Source of the DNA: Vicugna vicugna
Taxonomy: Eukaryota
Length of the DNA stretch: 64,000 bases
Assembly (NCBI GenBank): GCA_013265495.1
Contig: MU058418.1
Coordinates: forward strand, 2,258,917 to 2,322,916
Direction of reading: 5' to 3'
Below, piece after piece: positions 13,390 through 25,010 of the stretch. A model generated the notes under the pieces. The model saw only the letters and a program-made list of their open reading frames with translations. It had not been told where the DNA came from and searched no databases. Position 1 is the stretch's first letter, and each line of letters begins with the position of its first letter. A program made the position numbers and the translations under genes.

Positions 13390-13760
13390 TCCAAATAACG
13401 GAATATCTAACTCAACTAGTTTAAATGGTAAGATAATTTATCATTTTACTTCACTGAAAGATGGCAGATGGGGCAGGTTCCAGAGCTGGGTGTTTCTTCC
13501 CATCTGTCTGCTCTCCCGTCTTCAGCAAGTTGTGTGCAGTAGGTCCAGGTACCACAGGCAGACAAGGTAGTACATAAGGAGAAGAGGAACCTTTTCCCTG
13601 TGTCATTTCCGTAGGAGCAAAGGTTCCCAGGGACTGCCCAGCAGACCTCTCCTCATGCCACGGTGGCCAGCATTGGGTCACATGCCAGTCCCTAAAAGTG
13701 TTCCTGCCAAGGGCCATGGGTTTGCTGATTGGCTTAAAATAACCATTTTGGGGGACATGG
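13390..13760 (-). mobile_element. MLT1-type MaLR LTR
   Basis: aactcaactagtttaaa...ggccagcattgggtcacatgcc...gattggctta. Confidence 0.6.
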
Positions 13761-13864
13761 ATATAAGGAAGTCATCCACAATGACTTAGTTACTAAAACA
13801 ACAAAAAAAGAAAATCCTTTGTACTTATCGAGTTAACTAGAAATTCATTTTCATGGGTGCCCAG

Positions 13865-14000
13865 TGAGGCAGCATGAATCTGTGGAAAGAATTCTAAACG
13901 TGAGACTCAGGAGCCCAGGGGTCTGGTCCTACATCTGGTATTGCTGAGCTGTGGGTCCTTCCCCGTCGGGGCCATCTCCCTATCTGTAAAGTGAGGGCTT
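13865..14000 (+). mobile_element. MIR fragment
   Basis: gaggcagcatg...gtggaaaga...ctatctgtaaagtgaggg. Confidence 0.6.
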
Positions 14001-14759
14001 GGTCGAGAGCACTGGTTCCTTTCTTCACTCGCTCACTCCTTCACTCAGTGATATTTATAGAGTGCTTACCCTGTTGTGGAGGTCACGGGGAAGGATACAG
14101 ATACACACTAGAATATTGCCTGTTAAACCACAACAGATGTTCTTCCTCCTGCACTACACACACACTGAGAGGCCCGAGGGGTGTAAGGTCCAAACTGTCT
14201 TCTTCACTCATAGAATAAACTTGTTCAATGCCTTCAGCAAAGAGCCCTTGCCTCAAAACTCATTAGCGAACAGGTACATCATACACATTCTCTCTCATCT
14301 TATTAAAATGTAAAATGTATTCAGAAGTGAGACCATATACTCACAAATATGTTCTAAAAAAGATTGTCTCGGGGAAGATGCTCGTGGGCCTGGCTGGCCG
14401 TGATCGTTGCAGTTCCCTCAGTATCAGGAAGAGCTTGATGCAGAGAAGCAAGCTGTGAAGAGACAGAAAAGACAGCCATGAGAAATGAGACTGTGTTCTC
14501 CGAATACCCAAAGGCATGCTTACATTGTATTTTTCAGATAAGATGCTTAGGAAGGTTTTATTTATTTAAACCAAGCTACTAAAATTTTGCAGACCTTTCT
14601 CATATGCAGTGTTGGTTAATTTTTCATGTCACATGAAATGCTGAGATAGCTGGGAGTATTTATCTTTGAGCTGAGACTCATGTGACCCTTCCCTCAAGAA
14701 ATACTTGAATTACTGTCAGGTGAAGCAGGGCTTTTTAAAGTTGTTTTGGGATCAATAAG

Positions 14760-14995
14760 TGGAACATATAGGGAGGAAGATTTAGGGCCACTGAATAGAG
14801 TCTTTCCAACAATTAAAGCAATCAACAATAACACGTGAATACTGCATTATTATAAACGTCATGAGTTCCTCCATCACTGAGAGTCTCAAGCAGAGGCTGG
14901 CTAACCTATCAGCAGTGCTGTGGAGAGTTTCTTCATGTGATCTGAGGTTGGACAAGATGATTTGGAAGGAAGGTCACCTCTGAGATTCTATATTT
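14760..14995 (+). mobile_element. L3/CR1 3' fragment
   Basis: gagttcctccatcactg...caagcagaggctgg...ggttggacaagatga...ctctgagattcta. Confidence 0.6.
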
Positions 14996-15062
14996 ATCAT
15001 ATCACAGCCGTGAGACATTTATCTGCTGACTGGAATCATTAGCAGAAAGTAAGTGACTCTTT

Positions 15063-16960
15063 TCGTTCATCAAATATTTAGTAAGTACCTACTATGTGCA
15101 AGACACTGTTCTAGACACTGGAGATACAGTAAAGAACAGGACTGACAACGTTTCTCAGGGCACTTATACCTTAAGATAGACAGACAAGCATTGAACTAAT
15201 AAGACAATTTCATATTAGGATAAATGCTTTGAAGAACACAGACCAGGATGGTGGGAGAGAATGGTTGGGGCAGGTAAGGGTCAGGAGCTGTTTTAGATTA
15301 GGTTTTGAAAGAAAGTCTCTCTGAGGAGTTAATGTGAGACCTGAGACCTGAATGCAGAGGAGGTGTCTGTCCTGAGATGACTGGGGGAGTGTTCCAAGCA
15401 GAAAGAACATGCACAGAAGACCAGGGCAGGAACAAGCAAACAAGACATAGAGATAGTCGACAGGCACATGAAAAGATGCTCAGCATCGCTAACTACTAGA
15501 GAAATACATTGAGGTATCACCTTACACCAGCCAGAATGGCCATCATCGAAAAGTCTACAAATAATAAATGCTAGAGAGGGTGTGGAGAAAAGGGAACCCT
15601 CCAACACTGTTGGTGGAAACATAAATTGGTGCAGCCACTATGGAGGTTCCTTAAAAATTAAAAGTAGAGTTACCATATGCTCCAGCAATCCCACTCCTGG
15701 GCACATATCCAGAGAAAACTCTAATTCAAAAAGATACATGCACCCCAGTGTTCACAGCAGCACTATAATAACCAAGATATGGAAGCAACCTAAATATCCA
15801 TCAACAGATGAATGGATAAAGGGGTGTGTGTGTGTGTGTGTGATGGCCTATTAGTCAACCTTTAAAAAGAGTGAAATAATGCCATTTGCAGCAATGTGAA
15901 TAGACCTAGAGATTATCAAACTAAGTGAAGTCTGACAGAGAAAGACAATTAACGTATCACTTGATATAAGTGGACTTATTTACAAAACAGAAACAGACTT
16001 ACATAGAAAATGAATTTATGGTTACCAAAGGGGAAAAGAGGAGAGCGGTAAATTTGGGATTAACAGATGCAAACTTTTATATATGAAATAGATAATAAGG
16101 TCTGACTGTATAGCACAGGGAACCATATTCAATATCTTATAACAACCTATAATGGAAAAGAATCTGAAAAATATAGAATATGTTTTATATATATACATAT
16201 ATACATATATAACTGAATTACTTTGCTGTACATCAGAAACTAACTCAACATTGTAAATCAACCATACTTCAATGAAAAAGCATATAAGTGAAAATACAGC
16301 AAAAACATTTTATTTTTTTAAAAAAGATGCAAACAGAAAGCCAAGTGAGAGGCATAGAGGAAGGTGCTTTGGGGTGGAGTAAGGCATAGGTATGGGCCAG
16401 ATCTTACAAGAGATTAGCCATTTTTTATCCAGTGAGAAGCCATGGGGGGCAGGGGGAGTTTTCAGTAAGGACTGGCATGCTCTTATTCACTCTCTAAAAG
16501 ATGACTATGGGTGCTTTCTGGAAGGTGAATTGTAGGGGCCAAGGATGTAAGTAAGCAAAGAGGGGAATAGTAGGAAATGCAAGAGAAGTGTAGTTTCATA
16601 GAAACCAAGAGAAGAAAATGTTTCAAGAAGGAGTGGGCAGCAGTGCTGAACACTGAAAAATTAACAAGAAGGTATTGATGACCTTGATGAGCAAATGTTT
16701 ATGGGTGGTAGCATTGCAAGCCCACTTCAGTGAGTTTAGGGAAAAATGGGAAGTGAGTAAGAATATGGGAACAGAAACCATTTAAAAAATTTTTTTGCTG
16801 TGCAGGGGTGCAAAGAAATAGAATGATCCTTTGATTTCATATTCTCCTCTGAATATAGTCCTAAGATAGGTAGCTTCTGTGCTGATAGATGGGGACCTGC
16901 AGAGAGGCAGTTACTGCAGATACTGGACAGAGTGGGTAAGTGCAGGAGAGAAGTCCTCGA
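15063..16960 (-). mobile_element. L2 fragment interrupted by an L1 insertion
   Basis: Antisense L2 3' end tcgttcatcaaatatttagtaagtacctactatgtgc; L2 resumes after about 16335. Confidence 0.75.
15443..16326 (+). mobile_element. 5'-truncated L1 (ORF2 C-terminus plus 3' UTR)
   Basis: ORF pieces EKREPSNTVGGNINWCSHYG and KIWKQPKYPSTDEWIK; short TSD gcaaaca at 15436-15442 and 16329-16335; (TG)n at about 15824-15842. Confidence 0.92.
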
Positions 16961-17048
16961 AAGGGCATGGTGAATTGTTTTGCATTTTTATTGAAATCTA
17001 TTAATTTCATTATCTGTGATTTCAATTAGTTTGTTGAATGTTCTCGTA

Positions 17049-17128
17049 TTAAGTTGAACTGTATGAAGTTACCAATATTCATACATTTTTGACCTACAAA
17101 AGCAGCAGTGGCATGTAATTCTACCTAA
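17049..17128. mobile_element. MADE2-like mariner MITE (80 bp)
   Basis: ttaagttgaactgtatgaagtt...tttttgacctacaaaa...ctacctaa; terminal inverted repeats, TA on the left flank. Confidence 0.75.
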
Positions 17129-19122
17129 CAGAATTAGGATTTTCAACTGTAATTTAAAATTTCTCTCATAGGTCTTTATAGTTTATTTCCAAATTTAAAA
17201 TGTATATAATCTCACTTATCTAAAAGTTGCAATTACAGAACAAAGAACATTTCCCTCCCTGCCACAAACCATTTGAGAATAAGTTGCAAACTGTCTCTCC
17301 CTAACATTTGAGTGGGTCTTTTCTATAAATAAGAACATTTTCCTATAAAATCACAGTACAATCTAGTAAAATCAGGAAATTAACATCAATATATTGGTAC
17401 CAACTAATCCTTCAGTCCCATTCAAGCTTTGGCCAACTGTCCCAATAACATCCTTAATCCTAAAAGGAATTAGTCCAGCTTCTCACATTGCACTTAGTTG
17501 TCACGTGCCTTTAGTCTCCTTCATTCTGGAAAAATTCCTTAGTCTTCCTTGATTTTCATGACGTTGACACTTTGATGAATACAGGCCAATTATTTTGTGG
17601 AACAGCTCTCAATTTGAGCTTGCCATGATTACCTTCAGATTGGCACTTTGGTAGCCAGCCATCAAACTAGTCCCACCTCCCATTATTCCCACCCTTATGC
17701 AGTCTCCTCTGACACTACTGGAGTTGATCCTTGTGACCAAGAGCATAACAGAGCAGAAGTGGTTAGGAATACCTCTAAGACTGAACCAGGAAGAAACAGA
17801 AAATATGAACAGACCAGTAACCAGTACTGAGATTAAGTCAGTAATGAAAAAAACTCCCAACAAACAAAAGTCCAGATGGCTTCACAGGCAGATTTTACCA
17901 AACATTTAAAGAAGAGTTATCACCCATCCTTCTGAAAATATTCCAAAAAATTGCAGAGGAAAGAGAACTTCTGAATTCATCCTATGAGGTCACCATCACG
18001 CTGATACCAAAAGCAGACACAGCTATCACACACAAAAAATTACAAGTCAGTATCACTGATGAACATAGGTGCAAAAATCCTCAACAGAATACAGGCAAAC
18101 CAATGCAACAATACATTAAAAGGAGCAGACAGCATGATCAAGTAGGAGTTATCCCAGGGATACAAGGATTGTTTTCAATATCCACAAATCAATCGATGTG
18201 ATACACCACATTAACAAATTGAAGAATAAAAACCACAATCATCTCAATAGATGCAGAAAAAGCTTTTGATAAAATTCAACATTCATTTATGATAAAAACT
18301 CTCCAGAAAGTGGGCACAGAGGGAACATACCTCAGAATAAAAGGCCATATATGACAAATGCACAGCCAGCTTCCTACTCAATGGTGAAAAGCTAACAGCA
18401 TTCCTTCTAAGAATAGGAACAAGACAAGAATGCCCACTGCACCAATTTTATTCTGCATACTTTTAAAAGTCCTAGCCACAGCAATCAGGGAAGAAAAACA
18501 AATAAAAGGAATCCAAATTGGAAAGGAAGAAGTAAAACTATCACTGTTTGCAGATGACATGTTACAATGCATAGAAAAAACGCTAAAAATGCCACCAGAA
18601 AACTACTAGAGCTCATCAATTAACTCAGTAAAGTTGCAGGATACAAGATTAATATACAGAAATCTGGTGCATTTCTATACATTAACAACAGAATATCAGA
18701 AAGAGAAACTAAGGAAACAGTCCCATTACCATCACATCAAAAAGAATAAAATACCTAGGAATAAACCTACCTAAGGAAGCAAATGACCCGTACTCCAAAA
18801 CCTAGAAGATGCTAATGAGAGAATTGTAGACGACATAAACAGATGGAAAGATATACTATGTTCTTGGATTGGAAGAATCAATAGTTAACTGTTAAAAATG
18901 ACCAAACTACCCAATGCAATCTACAGATCCAGGGCAAACCCTATCTTATTACCAAAGACATTTTTTTTTTAACAGAACTTGAACAAAAAATGTTAAAATT
19001 TGTATGGAAACACAAAAGATCCCAGATAGCCAAAACAATCTTGAGATGGAAGAATCAAGGTGGAGGAATCACACTCCCTGACTTCAGACTATATACAAAG
19101 ATACAGTAATCAAAACAGTATG

Positions 19123-21499
19123 AGGGAATTCCAGTCAAGGTGGCAGAGTGGTAGGACCACAAGCTTGCCTCTCCTCGTGACTACAATGAAACCACAAGTA
19201 AATGCTAAACCACCATCAGAAAAAGACTGGAACCTAGCAAAAAAGATCTTCTGCAACTGGAAACGTAAAGAGGGAACCACAGCTGGACAGTAGGAGAGGC
19301 GTGCTTGCAATACCATTGGGCCCCATACCCCCCGGGTGGGTGACCCACAAGCTGAGGACCCAAAGGCCCTCCCATAGGAGTGAGAGCTCTAAGCCCCGCG
19401 TCAGGCTCCCCAGCTCCGGTCCTGGAATTGGAAAGAGAAGGAGAACCCAGGACGTCTGGTTTTGAAGGCCAGCAGGGCTTGGCTCTGGGAGCCTCATGGG
19501 ACTGGGGGAAACGGAGACTCCATTCACTTAAGAAGTGTACATGGAAACTCGTGTGCACCAGGTCCAAGGGCAGAGGCAGTGATTTCATAGGAACCTGGGC
19601 CAGACCTGCCTGCTGGTTTTAGAGGGTCTCCTGGGGACATGGATGACAGCTGCGTCTCACTCAGGGGACATAAAAGCTGGTGGCAGACATTCTGGGAGTG
19701 TTAATCTACATGAGCTTTCCCGAAGGCTGACATCTTGATTGGATCATTAGCACCAAGACCTAGCCCCACCCAACAGCCTGTAAGGAAGCCTCAGGCCAAA
19801 GTACAGGATGGGAACACAGCCCCACTCATCAGCAGACTTCCTAAGCCACAAAGGCCTCTAGACACAGCCCTACCCACCAGAGGTCCAGGACCAAGCTTCA
19901 CCCAGCAGTGGGCAGGCACCAGCTCCTCCTGCCAGGAAACCTGCATAAGCCTCTAGTCCAGCCTCACCCACCAGAGGGCAGATACCAGAAATAAGGAAAC
20001 AGTAATCCCAAAGCCTGTGGAAGGAATCCGCAAACACATAGATAGACGATATGAAGCGGCAAGGGAATATCTCCCCAGCCAAGGCACAAGATAAAATCCC
20101 AGAAGAAGAAATAAGTGATGAGATAGGTAATTTTTCTGAGAAAGAGCTTAAAGTAATGATGGCCAAGATGTTCAGAGAACTCAAGAAGAGTATAGATGCA
20201 CAGAGTGAAGTTTTTAGCAAAGAGCTGGAAAATATAAAGAATACTCAAACAAAATTGAAGAATAAAATCACTGAAATGAACAATACACTAGAAGGAACCA
20301 AGAATAGACTAAATGAGGCAGAAGAACGGATCAGTGAGCTAGAAGACAAGTTAGTGGAAATCACTACTTCAGAACAACAAAAAAAAAAAGAATAAAAATG
20401 AATGAGGATGGTTTAAAAGAACTCTAGGACAACATGAAGCACTCTAATATTTGCATTATAGAGGTCCCAGAAAGAGAAGAGAGAAAGGACCTGAGAGAAT
20501 TTTTGGAGAGATAATAACCGAAAACTTCCCCAACTTGGGAAAGGAAACAGTCATTCAAGTCCTGGAAGCACAGAGAGTACCACACAGAATCAGCCCAAAG
20601 AGAGGAACACACCAAGGCACACAGTCATCAAACTGACAACAATTAAGGATAAGGAGAAAATATTACAGTAAGCGAGAGAAAAGCAATGAATAACATACAA
20701 GGGAACTCCCATAAGGTTATCAGCTGATTTTTCAGCAGAAACTCTACAGGCCAGAAGGGAGTGGCACGATATATTTAAAGTGATGCAGGGGGGAAACTGA
20801 CAACCAAGAATACTCTATCCAGCAAGTCTCTCGATCAGACTTGACGGAGAAATCAAAAGCTTCACCGATAAACAAAAGCTAAAAGATTTCAGTACCACCA
20901 AACCAGCTTTACAACAAATGTTAAAGGACCTTCTCTAGTCATCAAACCATAAGAAAAGAGAACAAGAAGAAAAGAAAAAAAGAGATCTACAAAATATTGC
21001 TTTGGCTGTTCGGGATCTTTTGTGGTCCCTTATAAATTTTGGAATTGTTTGTTCTAGCTCTGTGAGGAGTGTCACGAGTATTTTGATGGGGGTTGCCTTG
21101 GCTCAGTGGGTTGCTTTGGGTAGTGTGGCCATTTTGATGGTGTTGATTCTTCCAGTCCAAGAGCACAAGAAATCTTTCCATTTCTTTGTGTCATTTTGGT
21201 TTTCAGAGTTTAGGTGACCTCCTTGGTTAAGTTTATTTCTAGATATTTGTTGTTTTTGATGTAATGGAAATGTCTCTGCCAGTTATAAAATTCTGGTTTT
21301 TGAAGTGAAAAAAGTGAGTGAAGGGCTGCAAATGGCAAAAGACCCTTCTTTTTTATGGGTGAGTTGTATTTAATTACATATATATATATGTATATATATA
21401 TACTGCATCTCTATTATCTATTCAACTGTTGATATGCACTTAGGAGGCTTCCATATCTTGACAATTAGAAATAATGTTGCTGTTAATAGCAAAAAAAAA
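19123..21499 (+). mobile_element. Full-length ORF1-only L1 derivative (HAL1-like) with antisense-ORF2 3' cassette
   Basis: L1-type 5' start (caaggtggcagag), about 930-nt GC-rich 5' UTR, ORF1, inter-ORF spacer, two inverted ORF2 pieces, A10 tail; degenerate TSD aaaacagtatg (19112-19122) / aaaaaagcatg (21495-21505). Confidence 0.88.
20051..20938 (+). pseudogene. L1 ORF1p (coiled coil-RRM-CTD), disrupted by frameshifts and stops
   Basis: MKRQGNISPAK...LNEAEERISELEDK...ENFPNLGKE...GTPIRLSADFSAETLQARREW...KPALQQMLKDLL* (TAG 20936-20938). Confidence 0.92.
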
Positions 21500-24400
21500 A
21501 GCATGGTACTGGCACAAAAACAGACATACAGATCAATGGAACAGGATAGAAAGCCCAGAAATAAGCCCACACATGCATGGTTAGTTAATCTGCAGCAAAG
21601 GAGGCAGGGATATACAGTGGAGAAAAGACAGTCTCTTCAATAAGTGGTACTGGGAGAACTGGACAGCTACATGTAAAAGAATGAAATTAGAACATTCTCT
21701 AATACCATATACAAAAATAGACTCAGACTGGATTAAAGACCTAATGTATGACCAGATACTGTCAAACTCCTAGAGGAAAATGTAGGCAGAACACTCTGAC
21801 ATAAATTACAGCAATAGTTTTTGGATTCATCTCCTAGAGTAATGGAAACAAAAGCAAAACAAATGAGGCCTAATTAAACTTAAACCTTTTGCACGGCAAA
21901 GGAAACCACGAACAAAACGAATAGACAGCCTACAGGATGGGAGAAGATATTTGCAAATGATGTGACCGACAAGGTATTAATTTCCAAAATATGCAAACAA
22001 ATTATACAGCTCAATAAAAAAAAAATAAATGGGCAGAAGACCTAAGTAGACATTTCTCCAAAGAAGACATACAGATGGCCAACAGGCACAGGAAGAGATG
22101 CTCAAGCATTCTAATTGTTAGAGAAATGCTAATCAAAACTACAGTGAGAATATCACCTTACTTCAGTCAGAATGGCCATCATCAAAAAGTCTACAAATAA
22201 TACATGCTGGAGAAGGTATGGAGAAAAAAGAATCCCTTTATACTGTTGGTAGGATACAAATTGCTGCAGCCACTATGGAAAACAGTATGGAGTTTCCTTA
22301 ACTAGAAGTAGAGGTGCCATATGACCTAGCAATCCCACTCCTGGGCATGTATCCCAAGAACTCTGATTTGAAAAGATACATGCACCCCAGTGTTTTATAA
22401 AAGCACTGTTTACAATAGCCAAAACATGGAAGCAACCTAAGTGTCCATTAACAGATGAATGGATAAAGATGATGTATATATACACACACACACAGACACA
22501 TATACACAATTGAGTACTATTCAGCCATAAAAAAAGAATGAAATAATGCCATTGCATGAATGGACCTAGAGATTATCATATTAAGTGAAGTTAGACAAAA
22601 GCAAATATCATATATCACTTATATGTGAAAACTAAAAAAAAAAATGATACAAATGAACTTCTTTATGGAACAGAAAGAGATTCAGCAGACGTGGAAAGCA
22701 AACTTATGGTTACCAGGAGGGAAAAGGCGTGGGGAGGGATAAATTGGGAGTTGGGGATTTGCAGATACAAACTACTATATATAAAAATACATAAACAACA
22801 GGATCCTACTGTATAGCACACAGAACTATATTCAATATCTTGTAATAACCTATAATGGAAAAGAATATGAAAAAGAATATGTATGTGACTGAATCATTTT
22901 GCTGTACACTTGAAACTAACACAACATTGTAAATCAGGTATACTTCAGTTTAAAAATTAATTAATTTAAAGAAAGAAATGGTTAGGTTATACAAATGATC
23001 TCTTGGATCACTTGTTCTGGGGAAAGCAAGCTTCACAGTGTGAATGGCCCTATGGATAGGCCCAGATGGCAAGGATCTAAAGCGCCTAGTTCACAGCCAG
23101 TGAGAAACCAAGGCCCGCCAATCACGTGAGTGAGTGTGGAAGTGGAACCTCCAGCCCTAGTTAAACCTCAGGCTGACTATCACCCTGGCCAACAGCTGGA
23201 CTTCGACCTTATAAAGACCTTAAACTGGAATCACCCAATTAAGCTACTCCCAGATTCCTGACTCCCAGAAGCTGTGACATAGTACATGTATGTCAGCCTA
23301 ATGAATGCAGGCAGGACTATCACAGGAGTATGGTGGATTCTTTTCATTGCATCCTGCCAGGTGGCATTTCAGTTCACCCCATTTCTGATCATCTTTATTT
23401 CAGCCCCTTGATTAAAGTGGAATCTTCTGGGCTTTTCCACTGTAAAGTTGCTCTTTTTTCCCCATCTCTTTTAACTAATGAATATTTTGTCAGAGATACT
23501 TTAAAACTCTGTATAAATTCCTTTCTTCATCAAAACTTTCAATTTTTTCATTTATTTATTTTTCTCAGTATGAGATTTTGGCTTTCTATTTTATTTGATG
23601 GGATATAGTCTGTCATTGTCGTTATTTATTTTGATGCTCATATTGTTCCAAATTTCACCCGAGTCCTTTCAACCTGGCTCCTGTGTTCTCTGGACATGTC
23701 CTCATCATTCTTTGAGTACTTCCTTGATTTCTGGCACAAGATGTTCTAAGCTCATCATGTTCTTTGCCTTCCCCAGCCCTGAAATCAGTCATTTCTACAA
23801 GGACCTCTGATTCTTTTAAGTGGAAAATGGTATTAAAGCCAAAGTGTGGGCACTGGGTGTGCCTATGGCCATTAAGGCATCACTGCTTCCAGGCCCACTC
23901 AAAGGACATATACACTTACACACATTCATATATGTAAATATATAGACATATGTAAATATACATATATGTGATATATACAAATAGATACTGCAAATTTTCT
24001 ATATTACATAAATATATACATTTATAGGTATAATGTAAATAAATAAAATATAGATACATATCTTTACATCCACAAGTTCATACTGATCTAATTGTAGGGT
24101 ACTCAGGGTTTATTCTAGCTTCCTCCCTTTCTCTATTAGTGACTTCCTTCTCCAGCGAGAAACATGTCTCCCGTTACCTTTGTTGTATTTATTTATTTGA
24201 TTAATTCCTGCATACATACATACATATCTCCCCCCACATGGACCCCCTCCATTCAGGTGCTTACACCCTTTTTGGAGACATCACCCTCTTGAAAGCCCTC
24301 CTTATCCCCTTGGGCCCCAGGCCACCCCTCCACCTGCTCGTCCCTATTCAGGCTTCTACATACCACCTCGGGCTGCCCACCCATGCAGACGCCCTCCTCA

Positions 24401-24639
24401 CGCACTCAGGCCTGAACTACTCCCCTCCCCGGATCTGTCCTCTGTAGGATGGCCTTCTCACCCCACTTGGGCTCTGACACCCCACAGGCTGCCTCTCCTT
24501 GTTCTGCCCCAGCTAATGGCTTTAAGGCTGACTTGTTCAGGGGAGGAAGAGAGAGAGCAAGCATTGTGACTTCATGATGGATGTCTGCACTGAAGGAACG
24601 TTCTGCTCCCTCCCAGCTGAATTGAGAATTTCTTCTGCG

Positions 24640-25010
24640 GTAGTGGGTTCCAAATTTCTGGATATACCAGAATATCTCAGGAAGCTTATTGAAATATGAA
24701 TCCTAAGCAAACGAAAGACAACACTTAAAGCAGGGAGCAACCAAACTGTCCTTAGAAAATGGTTAAATAGATTATAGGGAAGCATTCAGTTTTCATGTTA
24801 GACTTTTGGTTCCTCTTTACATTTTCTACATTTATATATTTATATGATTAATACTGACAGATTATGGGCCATGTTTTATAATTTTCTATATTCAGGATTT
24901 TTTTTTAAGGGATACAAAATACAGAATTCCAGACCCTATTGCTAGAGATTGTGATTCAGTACACCTGAGCTAAGGCCAGGGCATCTGTGCTTTATAAAAT
25001 TCTCCATTGA
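24640..25010. mobile_element. MER5-like hAT MITE, interrupted
   Basis: gtgggttccaaattt...cagaatatctcaggaagctt, and later cagaattccagacc...gattcagta...ggcatctgtgcttt. Confidence 0.5.

Larger units (their letters stand above)
17768..22973 (+). mobile_element. 5'-truncated L1 (ORF2 RT to 3' UTR), interrupted at 19122 by the HAL1-like element
   Basis: Begins at RLNQEETENMNRP; TSD agaagtggttagg (17755-17767) / agaaatggttagg (22974-22986); ORF2 sequence is collinear across the insertion (aaaacagtatg ... gcatggtactggcac). Confidence 0.95.
17650..23295 (+). mobile_element. MLT1F-like MaLR LTR split by an L1 (17650-17767 and 22987-23295)
   Basis: tctggggaaagcaagc...gtgagtgagtgtggaagtgg...aagctactcccagattcctgac. 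Confidence 0.7.
17150..24550 (-). mobile_element. Old L1MC-type 3' region, in two pieces (about 17150-17650 and 23300-24550) split by nested insertions
   Basis: Antisense L1MC motifs (aaaccatttgagaataagttgc, aatcaggaaattaacat, ccctcctcac...ctctgacacccc); TA-rich expansion at about 23915-24065. Confidence 0.7.

Noticed and set aside
20995..21490. One-off twin-priming inversion of an ordinary L1
   Set aside because: Twin priming inverts the 5' part and leaves a sense 3' end. Here 5' UTR/ORF1 is sense, the 3' part is antisense in two non-collinear pieces, and identical junctions recur in a second copy.
22940..22960. Selective loss of the L1 poly(A) signal in sense-oriented intronic copies
   Set aside because: There are too few copies, one antisense copy has also lost it, and internal AATAAA hexamers remain in the sense L1.
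17768..22973. Intact, active L1 (ORF1+ORF2)
   Set aside because: The ORF1 belongs to a nested element in the middle of ORF2, and all frames have stops and frameshifts.
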